A program made the position numbers and the translations under genes. Shown here piece after piece: positions 46,764-55,563 of a stretch of 64,000 bases of DNA. The notes below the pieces were generated by a model, which ran no database searches, was not told the origin of the DNA, and saw only the letters and a list, made by a program, of their open reading frames with translations. Each line of letters starts with the position of its first letter. Position 1 is the first letter of the stretch. The stretch comes from Spirochaetia bacterium (lineage in GTDB: Bacteria; Spirochaetota; Spirochaetia; UBA9216). Location of the stretch: assembly GCA_965140585.1 (NCBI GenBank), contig OZ223269.1, positions 288,001 through 352,000 on the forward strand, given 5' to 3'.

Positions 46764-48047
46764 CTAATAGATACCTATAGCAACCAAAATTAAATAAAGT
46801 GCAAGGTTAATAAACGGCCAGCCAAGAAGGAAGTTGAAAATAGTTTTCCTGTGACCGTCATCATCAACACTTGCGACTACAAGACCGCCTGAACCGGAGA
46901 ACGGTGATACTGCAGTAGCCATTGCTCCTACTGCTACAGCTGCATAGCCGATACCGGGCACAAATCCGCCGGCTATTGCCAGTGCCGGAACCAGGGCAAA
47001 GAAAGTAGTGTTAACTACGAACCCGCTTACAAAAAGACTCATCACTCCTGCAATAAGTGCAAGCACTATTGGTACAATTGCAACCGGAACGCTTTCTCCA
47101 AGCCATGTTGATACCATCTCGATAGCTCCGGTTTTGCTGACTATTCCGATAAGTGTTCCCATACCGCAGAGAGTTGTAAGGGCGGAAAGAGGAACACGCT
47201 TAAAAGCTGCTTTTTCATCACCGACTTTAAGTACAGAAAGAACTACTGTACCGATGAAAGCGATCCAGACCAGGTATACACCACTGGCTATTTTCGTAGC
47301 AGCAGGGCTGTTCGGGAAAATTAGTCCAAGAAGCGGTGCTGCAACAAGAACTACTACAAAGCCGATGATAACAGCAAGATTTGCCTTCTGTTTCGACTCG
47401 AAGGGTTCAGGTTTTTCAAGAACCGGTGCTTCAATTTTATATCCCTTGAAAATTATATAAGCGGCAATAAATATTATTGTGAAAAGAAGTGTAATCTGAA
47501 AAAACGCATGGTTTCCGTAACTGTTCACTTCTTCAACTGAATGCCCACCTGCAGTCATGGCCATCTCCCTGAGGAAGATACCTGCAGTACTTATCGGTGA
47601 AAAACCTCCTGCACTGATACCAGATACACAGGATACAGCAGCAAGAATATTATTCATTCCTGTAACTTTGGCTATGGACAGACCGATAGGAATCATCATA
47701 ACAGTAGCGCCGTCTCCGGCTCCTATCGCAGCCATAATAAATGATAGAATGAACAGTACAATGGGAATTGCCCATGGCATGTTCCGGACAGCATAAACGA
47801 CCTTATCCGCAACTTTTCCAAGTGTTCCGTTAAGTACGGCAAAGCTGTAGAAAAGTGTAACAGAAAAAAGCAGCAGAAATAGTCTTGTTGGAAATACTCC
47901 CACTAAACCTCGTGGTGATTCGCCAAGGACAAAGACTCCGATAATATAGGCTGCAGCTATAGCCCACAGACCTATATTAGTTTTAGTTTTAGCTCCTAAT
48001 GCAATTACAGCAACAATTGCAATTAGACTGATGATGATAATCGACAT
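46764..48047 (-). CDS. MatC/SLC13-like (IT superfamily) carboxylate carrier
   Basis: NIGLWAI...FP..LF..LFSVTL.Y..A..NGTL MatC-N pattern; SPIS..G and SPFS.SG hairpins; about 11 TM; start after AGGGGG. Confidence 0.8.
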   Translation of the reverse strand: MSIIIISLIAIVAVIALGAKTKTNIGLWAIAAAYIIGVFVLGESPRGLVGVFPTRLFLLLFSVTLFYSFAVLNGTLGKVADKVVYAVRNMPWAIPIVLFILSFIMAAIGAGDGATVMMIPIGLSIAKVTGMNNILAAVSCVSGISAGGFSPISTAGIFLREMAMTAGGHSVEEVNSYGNHAFFQITLLFTIIFIAAYIIFKGYKIEAPVLEKPEPFESKQKANLAVIIGFVVVLVAAPLLGLIFPNSPAATKIASGVYLVWIAFIGTVVLSVLKVGDEKAAFKRVPLSALTTLCGMGTLIGIVSKTGAIEMVSTWLGESVPVAIVPIVLALIAGVMSLFVSGFVVNTTFFALVPALAIAGGFVPGIGYAAVAVGAMATAVSPFSGSGGLVVASVDDDGHRKTIFNFLLGWPFINLALYLILVAIGIY

Positions 48048-48106
48048 CACGCCCCCTTGAAAGTAAATATTTAAATGCCGGGTTCTCATCCGGCATTATA
48101 CCCTAG

Positions 48107-50494
48107 TTAAACCTGAGAGAATTCGGTTCGTTCTATAATTTCATCCTGCATTGGTTCGCCAAGTGCTGTAAAATAAGCACTGTATCCGGCAACTCTTACT
48201 ACAAGATCCTTATGCTTTTCAGGTTCGATCTTTGCAGCTATAAGATGATCTTTATCAACTATATTGAACTGCATATGTTTTCCGCCCTGGGCAAAATAAG
48301 TTTTAATCAGGTTCCCGAGTTTTACAAGATCAGCTTCTGTTTTAAGAGCTGATGGATGAAACTTCATATTTAGAAGAGTTGCCTGGTAGGTGTCCTGATT
48401 GATTTTCATTGCGCTCTTAAGAACGCCCGTAGGTCCTTTTCTGTCCATTCCATGCATCGGGGACATTGAGCCGTCGGCAAGAATCTCACCGCTCTTTCTT
48501 CCATCCGGAGTTGCTCCTGTAAGAAGCCCGCCGGGCTGGTGCGAGGTGATTGAAATAGCAGTTGTTACAGCACGTCCGCCGTAGTACGTAGGCATGGAAG
48601 CCAGCTTCTTCTCAATATGGTCATACAGCTCCGCGGCCAGTACGTCAACTTCGTCAATGTCATTACCGTATTTAGGTGCGTCAAGGAAGTGCTGTCGCAT
48701 TTCTTCGTAACCTTCCCAGTCAGCATCCAGCGCAGTGAGAAGTTCCTGCATCGTGTATTTCTTTTTATCAAACACAAGATGTTTAACTGCTGCCAGCGAA
48801 TCTGCCACGTTTATTGCGCCAATAGTACAGAGAACAAGTCCGTTTTCAAGCGGCATGGTTCTTCTAAGAATGTCTTTGCCTTCCTTGATTGCATCCTTCA
48901 TTAGTGATGATCTGAATGGATCAGGGAAGAGATCCTGTTCTGCTTTAAGTTCTATATTGCTTTTTTCTACCCCGAGTTCAAGAAGATAATCAAGCTGCTT
49001 GTAGAATGCATCCTTGTACAGATTGAAATCAGACATACCTGTTACATCTCCGGTTTCAATACCGACCATTTCTTCTGTTCCCTTGTTATATCCGTTGTGC
49101 ATGAAGATATCGTAGGCAAGTGCAATTATGAACATACCTACTGCAACTGTTCTTGCTTTAGCCGGTATATTTCCATCAAGACATCCTGTCATAATGTAAT
49201 TACGTGAGTCTTCCATGGACATTCCCTGATAGCGGAAGAAGTTGATGTAGGATTTATCTCCTACGAAGGCAGGCATTCCCATACCGGTTTTTACTACTTC
49301 AAGTGCCTTAACCATGAGGTCATCAGGTGTTTTGTCATGAATACGAAGTGTCAGAGTATGATGCGGAACTCTGGTTTCTTTTGCAGCATCAAGAAGGAGG
49401 TAGGTGAGCGGGTTGCTGGCATCATTTCCATCCTTATCCACGCCGCCGATAGTCCAGTTATGCCATTTTGCCATACCCGCATTTTTCTTTCTGTTCTGTT
49501 TTCCTGAAACCCTGTTAAGCTTCATATCCTTTATTCTAAGGTTCTCAAGCAGTTCGAGAATTTCGTCATTGTTTGTTACCCCGTTTTCTATATCCTTTTT
49601 GTAGAAAGGATACATAAACTGGTCGAAACGGGCACCCGCTGTTGTAGGTGAGGGTGATGCAAGCAGGAATGTGAACCAGAAAGACTGAATTGCTTCAAAG
49701 AAGCTTTCAGCAGGCTTGGCTGGAACTTTTCGGCAGGCTTCTGCAATTCTGAAAAGCTCTGCTTTTCTCTGCTTGTCATTTTCTTCAGCACCCATTTTTT
49801 CAGCGAGATCAGCATATCTTTCAGCAAGTTTTATTACTGCATGGTGAACTATAATAATAGATTTTAGAAAATCTACAGCTTCCTTGTCAGAATTACCCTT
49901 CGCTTCATGTTCTTTAAGTGCTGCTTCACAGTCAGCGATGATCTTTAGAGACCCGTCATTAAGCATTCTTTCAAAATCCATTCCGACAAGGAAGAAGCCA
50001 GGACCAAGGCCGAGGCCTGACTGTGCATATCCGCCGCCGCTTCCTTCTTTTCCCTTCCACGGAGGGAGGATCATTCCTGATTTCATAAAAGGCCAGAGTT
50101 TTTCATTCTTCATGAAAACAGCGCCCATTGCAGAAACGAGGTTGTAATCACCGAAGTTGGCATTTATTTCCTGAAGTTCTTTTTCATCTTCGGGGGTAAT
50201 GCTGTAGTTTTCGGATTTAAGCGAATCAACCTCATCCGGAGTCCATGTTCCGTATTCATAATCAATTTCAAGCCCGAATGGCTTGCTTGCACCTGCTCCG
50301 GCAAATAGATCGCCTTCTTCGATGAAAATTGTTATGTTTTCGAGGATGTTCTTCATAATCTGCGCACGACGCAGAACATTCGGCTGCCCCTCGGTTTCTG
50401 AAAGTGTCTTGGTTGCGATACGGAATTTTTCAATGCATAGCGGGTATTTATCGACATGCAGCTCATTCAGCATCTTTTCAATTCTTGGTGTCAT
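48107..50494 (-). CDS. Glycyl radical enzyme of unassigned function
   Basis: Gly loop LVVRVAGYSAYF, Cys loop MTGCLDG, PA.SFFEAIQSFWF, RFDQ, PKYGND, GATPDGR, GG.HMQFN; ATG 50494 after GGAGG. Confidence 0.95.
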   Translation of the reverse strand: MTPRIEKMLNELHVDKYPLCIEKFRIATKTLSETEGQPNVLRRAQIMKNILENITIFIEEGDLFAGAGASKPFGLEIDYEYGTWTPDEVDSLKSENYSITPEDEKELQEINANFGDYNLVSAMGAVFMKNEKLWPFMKSGMILPPWKGKEGSGGGYAQSGLGLGPGFFLVGMDFERMLNDGSLKIIADCEAALKEHEAKGNSDKEAVDFLKSIIIVHHAVIKLAERYADLAEKMGAEENDKQRKAELFRIAEACRKVPAKPAESFFEAIQSFWFTFLLASPSPTTAGARFDQFMYPFYKKDIENGVTNNDEILELLENLRIKDMKLNRVSGKQNRKKNAGMAKWHNWTIGGVDKDGNDASNPLTYLLLDAAKETRVPHHTLTLRIHDKTPDDLMVKALEVVKTGMGMPAFVGDKSYINFFRYQGMSMEDSRNYIMTGCLDGNIPAKARTVAVGMFIIALAYDIFMHNGYNKGTEEMVGIETGDVTGMSDFNLYKDAFYKQLDYLLELGVEKSNIELKAEQDLFPDPFRSSLMKDAIKEGKDILRRTMPLENGLVLCTIGAINVADSLAAVKHLVFDKKKYTMQELLTALDADWEGYEEMRQHFLDAPKYGNDIDEVDVLAAELYDHIEKKLASMPTYYGGRAVTTAISITSHQPGGLLTGATPDGRKSGEILADGSMSPMHGMDRKGPTGVLKSAMKINQDTYQATLLNMKFHPSALKTEADLVKLGNLIKTYFAQGGKHMQFNIVDKDHLIAAKIEPEKHKDLVVRVAGYSAYFTALGEPMQDEIIERTEFSQV

Positions 50495-50495
50495 T

Positions 50496-51419
50496 TTAGC
50501 CTCCAATCTGACTGATCAGGTTATACTGATCGAAAATAAATTTTACAGAATTCATATGTGCATCATCAGGCGGATCAGCCTCAAAGGAAGGAGCTTCTTT
50601 TTCAAGCTGTTCCCATTTTCCGATTCCCATTCGATGATAGGGAAGAAGACTGACCGGTGTGTCTTCACCCAGTTTCTCTTTGATGAATCGGGCTGTCTGA
50701 TTAAGATTTTCTGATGAATCGTTATATCCTGGTATAAGAGGGATACGAATATTGACAGGAATATTCAGTTCTTTCTTAATTTTAACTATGTTCTCAAGAA
50801 TCCTTTTATTTCCTACACCAGTACCGAATTTGTGTCCTTCGGAATCCATGTGCTTGAGATCATAAAGTACGAGATCGGCATCTTTTATAGTATCTTTTAC
50901 TACATCCCAGTCAGCATTTCCTGTAGTTTCTACTGCTGTTGATATGCCTGATTCTTTAAGCATAGCAAGCAGTGTCCGGGAGAATTCCGGCTGAAAAAGA
51001 ATTTCACCGCCGCTGAGAGTTACTCCTCCTCCTGAACCTTCGTAGAAAATCTTGTCAGATTCGACATCAGCAATAACCATGGCCGCTGTCATTTCCTTAC
51101 CGATTATACTTCTTGCTTCAGTAGGACAGACTGGTACGCAGGCTCCGCATGCAGTACACAGTGTGCGGTTTGTATGTATTTTATTATCTTCAAGAAAAAT
51201 AGCCTTTTCCGGACATACGCTGATGCAGGCCCCGCATGTGATGCATTTATCAGCATTAAAAGATAATACCGGTTTAATAGTATGAGATTCCGGGTTCTGG
51301 CACCATTTGCACCTTAATGAACAGCCGCTAAGAAATACAGTTGTTCTTATTCCGGGCCCATCATGAATAGAATAGTGCTGAATATCGAAAACCCAGCCCT
51401 TTATGTGTTGATCAGCCAA
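50496..51419 (-). CDS. Glycyl-radical activating enzyme with two auxiliary [4Fe-4S] clusters
   Basis: HDGPGIRTTVFLSGCSLRCKWCQNPES; CITCGACISVCP, CTACGACVPVCP; GGGVTLSGGE; LLPYH; TTG 51419 after GAGGG (alternative ATG 51434). Confidence 0.95.
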   Translation of the reverse strand: MADQHIKGWVFDIQHYSIHDGPGIRTTVFLSGCSLRCKWCQNPESHTIKPVLSFNADKCITCGACISVCPEKAIFLEDNKIHTNRTLCTACGACVPVCPTEARSIIGKEMTAAMVIADVESDKIFYEGSGGGVTLSGGEILFQPEFSRTLLAMLKESGISTAVETTGNADWDVVKDTIKDADLVLYDLKHMDSEGHKFGTGVGNKRILENIVKIKKELNIPVNIRIPLIPGYNDSSENLNQTARFIKEKLGEDTPVSLLPYHRMGIGKWEQLEKEAPSFEADPPDDAHMNSVKFIFDQYNLISQIGG

Positions 51420-51451
51420 TAGGTAAACCCTCATTTATTTTGGTATAAGTG

Positions 51452-51482
51452 ATGGTAAACCTTACCACTGTGGGAAGGTCAA
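51452..51482 (-). promoter_or_regulatory. MerR-type promoter/operator of the GRE operon
   Basis: Minus strand TTGACC-N19-TACCAT with dyad ACCTTCCCAC-A-GTGGTAAGGT (51459-51479). Confidence 0.88.
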
Positions 51483-52342
51483 ATTTTTTTATTAATTTTT
51501 TTTACAGGAACATAAAGCTCGGCAAGGTGGTCATGCTTTCCGGATATGGTACCGGGTGCTACGCATTTTCTGATTACATCTCCGACTATTTCGTAATCTT
51601 CCTTTTTCAGAAAATCTTTAAGCTTATCATAATATTCATCAGAGTTATTAAGACTGCCCCAGAACCTCATTGTTGCATATTCAGAGTTCTCAGGAACTTT
51701 CTGGACATATTTATTACGGGATTTATAAATACCATATTTAAGGCTGATTCCAATAAACTGATTATATTTACCGTTAATAAAATCGTCCTTACTGAACACA
51801 GTTGAAACCTGTGAAATTAAAAGCGTTGGATTGCCTTCAAGTACCGATTCAAGTTTTCGTACCGCTATCTCAAAATCTTTACGATTATCAAAGGGATATT
51901 CAAGATATATCAGCTTTAGATCCCTTGCCTGTGAAATATGAAGAACTTCGACTTCTTTATTATGTAGTGCTTCTTCAATCGATTCTATATGGCTCGTGAA
52001 GGTCCTTTTAATATTTGATAGCTCCCTTACTTTGTTTTCTGTCTCATTTATCTGCTCAATCATCAGCTCTTCAAGACTCTCTATGTTGGTTTCATTCAAT
52101 TTGGTTTTTATCATGTCATACGAAACATCGAGTTTTCTAAGGTATTTGATGAAATTGATTAAATAAAACTGAGAGGAAGAGTAGTATCTGTAGCCATTAA
52201 TCTGATCAATTTTATAAGGTTTTAACAGATTAATACTATCCCAGTATCTCAGCATTTTTGATGGAATGCCGAATATATTTGAGACTTCACCGATCGAATA
52301 ATTGTTATTGATCCACTGGTTTTTCACAGGTGCTTCTACCAT
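51479..52342 (-). CDS. MerR-family regulator, BmrR/BltR-type with C-terminal effector domain
   Basis: YSIGEVS..FGI..KMLRYWD..NLLKP...NGYRYY HTH; coiled coil; GyrI-like C-terminus. Confidence 0.9.
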   Translation of the reverse strand: MVEAPVKNQWINNNYSIGEVSNIFGIPSKMLRYWDSINLLKPYKIDQINGYRYYSSSQFYLINFIKYLRKLDVSYDMIKTKLNETNIESLEELMIEQINETENKVRELSNIKRTFTSHIESIEEALHNKEVEVLHISQARDLKLIYLEYPFDNRKDFEIAVRKLESVLEGNPTLLISQVSTVFSKDDFINGKYNQFIGISLKYGIYKSRNKYVQKVPENSEYATMRFWGSLNNSDEYYDKLKDFLKKEDYEIVGDVIRKCVAPGTISGKHDHLAELYVPVKKINKKI

Positions 52343-52545
52343 GTAGTATTTACTTTTACACGACTTTATGTATTCGTCAAGAAAAATCGTCGAATGCGTT
52401 CTGTGAAATCAGATTTCAGCGTGACTGCATACAGGGCCTGCAAAAATTTGGTAAAATAAAATATTCTTCTTGTCCTTGATTTGATTAATATTAACGAATA
52501 TAAATAAAAGGGCAGGTTTTTTTAAAAGGAAAGACTTCATTCCAG

Positions 52546-53676
52546 ATGATAAATGAAATACAGGCGAAAAGCATATTAAGGAAGTATAAGAAGATAGATT
52601 CCTGGTTTATAAGCGCATATGCTATAAACCTGTACAGAGGATGCACTCATAATTGTGTTTATTGTGACGGCCGAGATGACAAATATCAGGTTGAAGGAGT
52701 TTTTGGACGTGATGTGAGTGTAAAAAGCAATGCAATTGAACTTCTGAGAAAGGAGCTTGATCCTGCCAGGAAGAGAAAACCCTTTAAAAACGGATATTTT
52801 ATCATCTGCGGCGGAGTAAGCGATTCATACCAGCCCTTCGAAAATGAGCTGCAGCTGTGCAGGCAGACTCTGGAACTATTTCGTGAATTTAATCATCCGG
52901 TTCACATCCTGACTAAATCAACTTTGGTTGAACGGGATATGGAACTGCTGCTTGATATTAACCGGAACATAGGTGCAACAGTCAGCTTCAGTTTTTCAAC
53001 CGTTGATGATGAGCTGGGGAAGCTGCTGGAACCGGGAGTGCCTCTGCCTTCAAAGCGTCTTGCTCTTATTAAAAGGATAAAAGAAGCCGGCCTTAACTGC
53101 GGAATGTTTCTTATGCCGGTTGTCCCTGGCATTACAGATTCGGCTGAGCAGATTGATGCGTCGGTAGAGGCGGCCTCAAAGGCCGGAGCTGATTACGCTG
53201 TATTCAGCGGTATGACTCTTAAACCGGGCAGGCAGAAAGATTATTTTATGAATTTCCTGGATAATTACCGCCCTGAATTAAAAAGCGGATATAATAAGGT
53301 TTACGGCAGCGAAAACAGCTGGGGTTCACCGTCTTTGACCTACGCCGCGGCTGTTGCACGGCGCTTTGATGCTGCCGCCTCAAGGCATGCATTAGCAAAA
53401 CGAATACCTTCAGAGATTTTTGAGTCTCTGGTTTCAAGGGATGAACTGATTATTCTGATTCTCGAACAGCTTGACTGGCTGATGAAACTTAAGAATCGTG
53501 AAAGTCCATATGGTTATGCAGCCTATTCCCTCACTAAAAATGAAAAGCCGGTTACTGAAATGACTTATAAAGAGTTAACCGCAATGCGCGGTATAGGAAG
53601 CTTTACAGCCCGCCTTATTCTCGAAATTATAGAGACCGGAAGCTCAGCATATTACCGTAAAATGCTGAGAGGGTAA
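52546..53676 (+). CDS. SPL-like radical SAM protein with C-terminal helix-hairpin-helix domain
   Basis: NLYRGCTHNCVYC, SDSYQP.E, ILTKS.LV.RD, LEPG, MPVVPGITD; C-terminal RGIG..TA HhH. Confidence 0.85.
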   Translation: MINEIQAKSILRKYKKIDSWFISAYAINLYRGCTHNCVYCDGRDDKYQVEGVFGRDVSVKSNAIELLRKELDPARKRKPFKNGYFIICGGVSDSYQPFENELQLCRQTLELFREFNHPVHILTKSTLVERDMELLLDINRNIGATVSFSFSTVDDELGKLLEPGVPLPSKRLALIKRIKEAGLNCGMFLMPVVPGITDSAEQIDASVEAASKAGADYAVFSGMTLKPGRQKDYFMNFLDNYRPELKSGYNKVYGSENSWGSPSLTYAAAVARRFDAAASRHALAKRIPSEIFESLVSRDELIILILEQLDWLMKLKNRESPYGYAAYSLTKNEKPVTEMTYKELTAMRGIGSFTARLILEIIETGSSAYYRKMLRG

Positions 53677-53734
53677 ACTTTACTTTCAGCCTGCAGCTCT
53701 ATTACATAGTAAAAACGGTATTAAGGAGAAAAAG

Positions 53735-54535
53735 TTGAAAAAAGGGCAGATTTTAAGTTCGGGAATAAACCTTATTCTTATCATTTTTATTGGAATGGCT
53801 ACATTATCATGTGCAACTTTAGAAGATAAGAATATTTCAAGACCAGAGAAAGGTACAAACGGCGGTCTCATGGAATATCGTAGCTCAGAAGAAATCCAGC
53901 TGGATTATATTATCACAATTCCGGAAGGATATAGTGACATCAGCTCAGAAGGATATCCTTTTATCGTCTTCCTTCACAGTGTTCAGGAACGCGGAAATGA
54001 ACTCTCCAGGCTTATCGAAAATCCGGAAGGAGAGGGCTATGGTCTTGCATATTACGCCTCCGAAATAGATGATTTTCCTTTTATTACACTTTCTCCGCAA
54101 TGTCCCTGCAGCACTTTCTGGCCGTTCATTTCCGGGCGGGTCAAAAGGCTGATAGATGAAGTTACAGATACATACAATATAGATCCAAAACGGATCTACA
54201 TTACAGGGGTAAGCATGGGCGGAATAGGAACATGGGATATGATAATGAAATATCCGGATTTATTCGCTGCATCTGCACCGATCGCAGGTGGGGTATATCC
54301 TATGCTGATGAATAACAGCTACAAAAGGATTCTTGAGCTGCCTGTATGGGCATTTCACGATCTATATGATCCATCTCTTAAAATTAAAGATGAAATCAAT
54401 TTTATTATGAAATTAAATAATGCAGGCGGCAATATCAAATATACAATTACACAGAAGGGTATTCATTATATACAGCCGGCAATTTACTCAGGACAGGAAT
54501 TGTACGACTGGTTTTTAGCTGCAGAAAAACCCTAA
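53735..54535 (+). CDS. Alpha/beta hydrolase (carboxylesterase-like), probable lipoprotein
   Basis: TLS-C lipobox-like; YPFIVFLH, SPQCP, IDPKRIYITGVSMGG nucleophile elbow, D and H downstream. Confidence 0.8.
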   Translation: MKKGQILSSGINLILIIFIGMATLSCATLEDKNISRPEKGTNGGLMEYRSSEEIQLDYIITIPEGYSDISSEGYPFIVFLHSVQERGNELSRLIENPEGEGYGLAYYASEIDDFPFITLSPQCPCSTFWPFISGRVKRLIDEVTDTYNIDPKRIYITGVSMGGIGTWDMIMKYPDLFAASAPIAGGVYPMLMNNSYKRILELPVWAFHDLYDPSLKIKDEINFIMKLNNAGGNIKYTITQKGIHYIQPAIYSGQELYDWFLAAEKP

Positions 54536-55476
54536 TCATAGATTGCGGTAATTTTTTGTGCTCCATCTTTAATTATCTTTCGAAGATGGGGTGGAGACAG
54601 CACTTCTACATATTCACCGAAACTCAGAATGTAGCCGTAAAGCCATCCGTCTTCAGGCATTGAAACCGTACAAATTATGCTGCCGTCATCAAGTTTTTCA
54701 CAGGTCTTCTCATCATAATATTCTTCAACCAGATCGGTCATAGGAGTTTTAAAATGCAGTTTTATTTCAATACTGTCCCTGCCGGTACCTGTAGGACCAT
54801 ATGAATTCCGGGATTCAAACTCCTCATAGCCTTGGTCTCTTCTGATAAATCCACGTTCGAGAATTTCAGGTTCCCTGATTCTTGAAATACGGAAAAAACG
54901 GTAATCCTCCTTGCTTCTGCACCAGGCATAGAGATACCATGCACGCCATTTGAAAACTATGGTCATCGGTTCTACTATTCTGGCATCTTTCTCAAGTTTA
55001 TTGTTCGTGTAGTAGATTCTAAGAACTTTTTCCTTCTCTACTGCGGTATTTACTATCTGAAATATACGCTTCTGATCAGGTCCTCCGCCAAGCATTGTAA
55101 AATCAATATGGAGTTTAGAACTATGCTTCATAAAGGCGTCACCGGGGTGTCCAGGCATCAATCCTTTCATTTTTTCAAGAGTATTTTCAAGTTTCGGGTT
55201 GTCAATTGAATCGCTTATGCTCTTCAACGCTGTTATTATGTAGAAAATATCTTCCGGGCTGACAAGCTGCCGGTCAAGTTTAAATGTCTTCATTATACCG
55301 TAGCCGCCACGGGGACCCTGGACTGTCACAACCGGAATCCCCGCCATATCTATGGCTTCCATATCCCTCTGTATTGTACGTACTGAAACTTCAAATTTAT
55401 CAGCAAGCTCACTTGCGCTGACAAGTTCTCTGTTGAGCAGATACACTACAATTGATAACAGCCGGTCTATTTTCAT
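54532..55476 (-). CDS. WYL-domain transcriptional regulator (YafY/DriD-like)
   Basis: ELADKFEVSVRTIQRD HTH, G..GGY; R.VEP..I....WYL.AWC...YRFFRISRI; WCX C-terminus. Confidence 0.93.
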   Translation of the reverse strand: MKIDRLLSIVVYLLNRELVSASELADKFEVSVRTIQRDMEAIDMAGIPVVTVQGPRGGYGIMKTFKLDRQLVSPEDIFYIITALKSISDSIDNPKLENTLEKMKGLMPGHPGDAFMKHSSKLHIDFTMLGGGPDQKRIFQIVNTAVEKEKVLRIYYTNNKLEKDARIVEPMTIVFKWRAWYLYAWCRSKEDYRFFRISRIREPEILERGFIRRDQGYEEFESRNSYGPTGTGRDSIEIKLHFKTPMTDLVEEYYDEKTCEKLDDGSIICTVSMPEDGWLYGYILSFGEYVEVLSPPHLRKIIKDGAQKITAIYD

Positions 55477-55563
55477 CTCTGTTTGAAAGGATATCGTTAT
55501 GTGAATGTTTTTGCAATAAATAAAACCTTGTGAATTTTATAGATAGAAATTAGAATTATATAT

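Noticed and set aside
48107-50494. Annotation as pyruvate formate-lyase, choline TMA-lyase or benzylsuccinate synthase
   Set aside because: Single Cys (no CC), GCLD rather than GCVE, no BMC genes or small subunits, and the activase has auxiliary clusters unlike PFL-AE.
52404-52418. Palindrome TGAAATC-A-GATTTCA between merR and the radical SAM gene
   Set aside because: Short, AT-rich, single copy, no assignable regulator; could be chance.
42430-54530. Mobile element or prophage
   Set aside because: No integrase, transposase, att-like repeats or phage genes were recognised.
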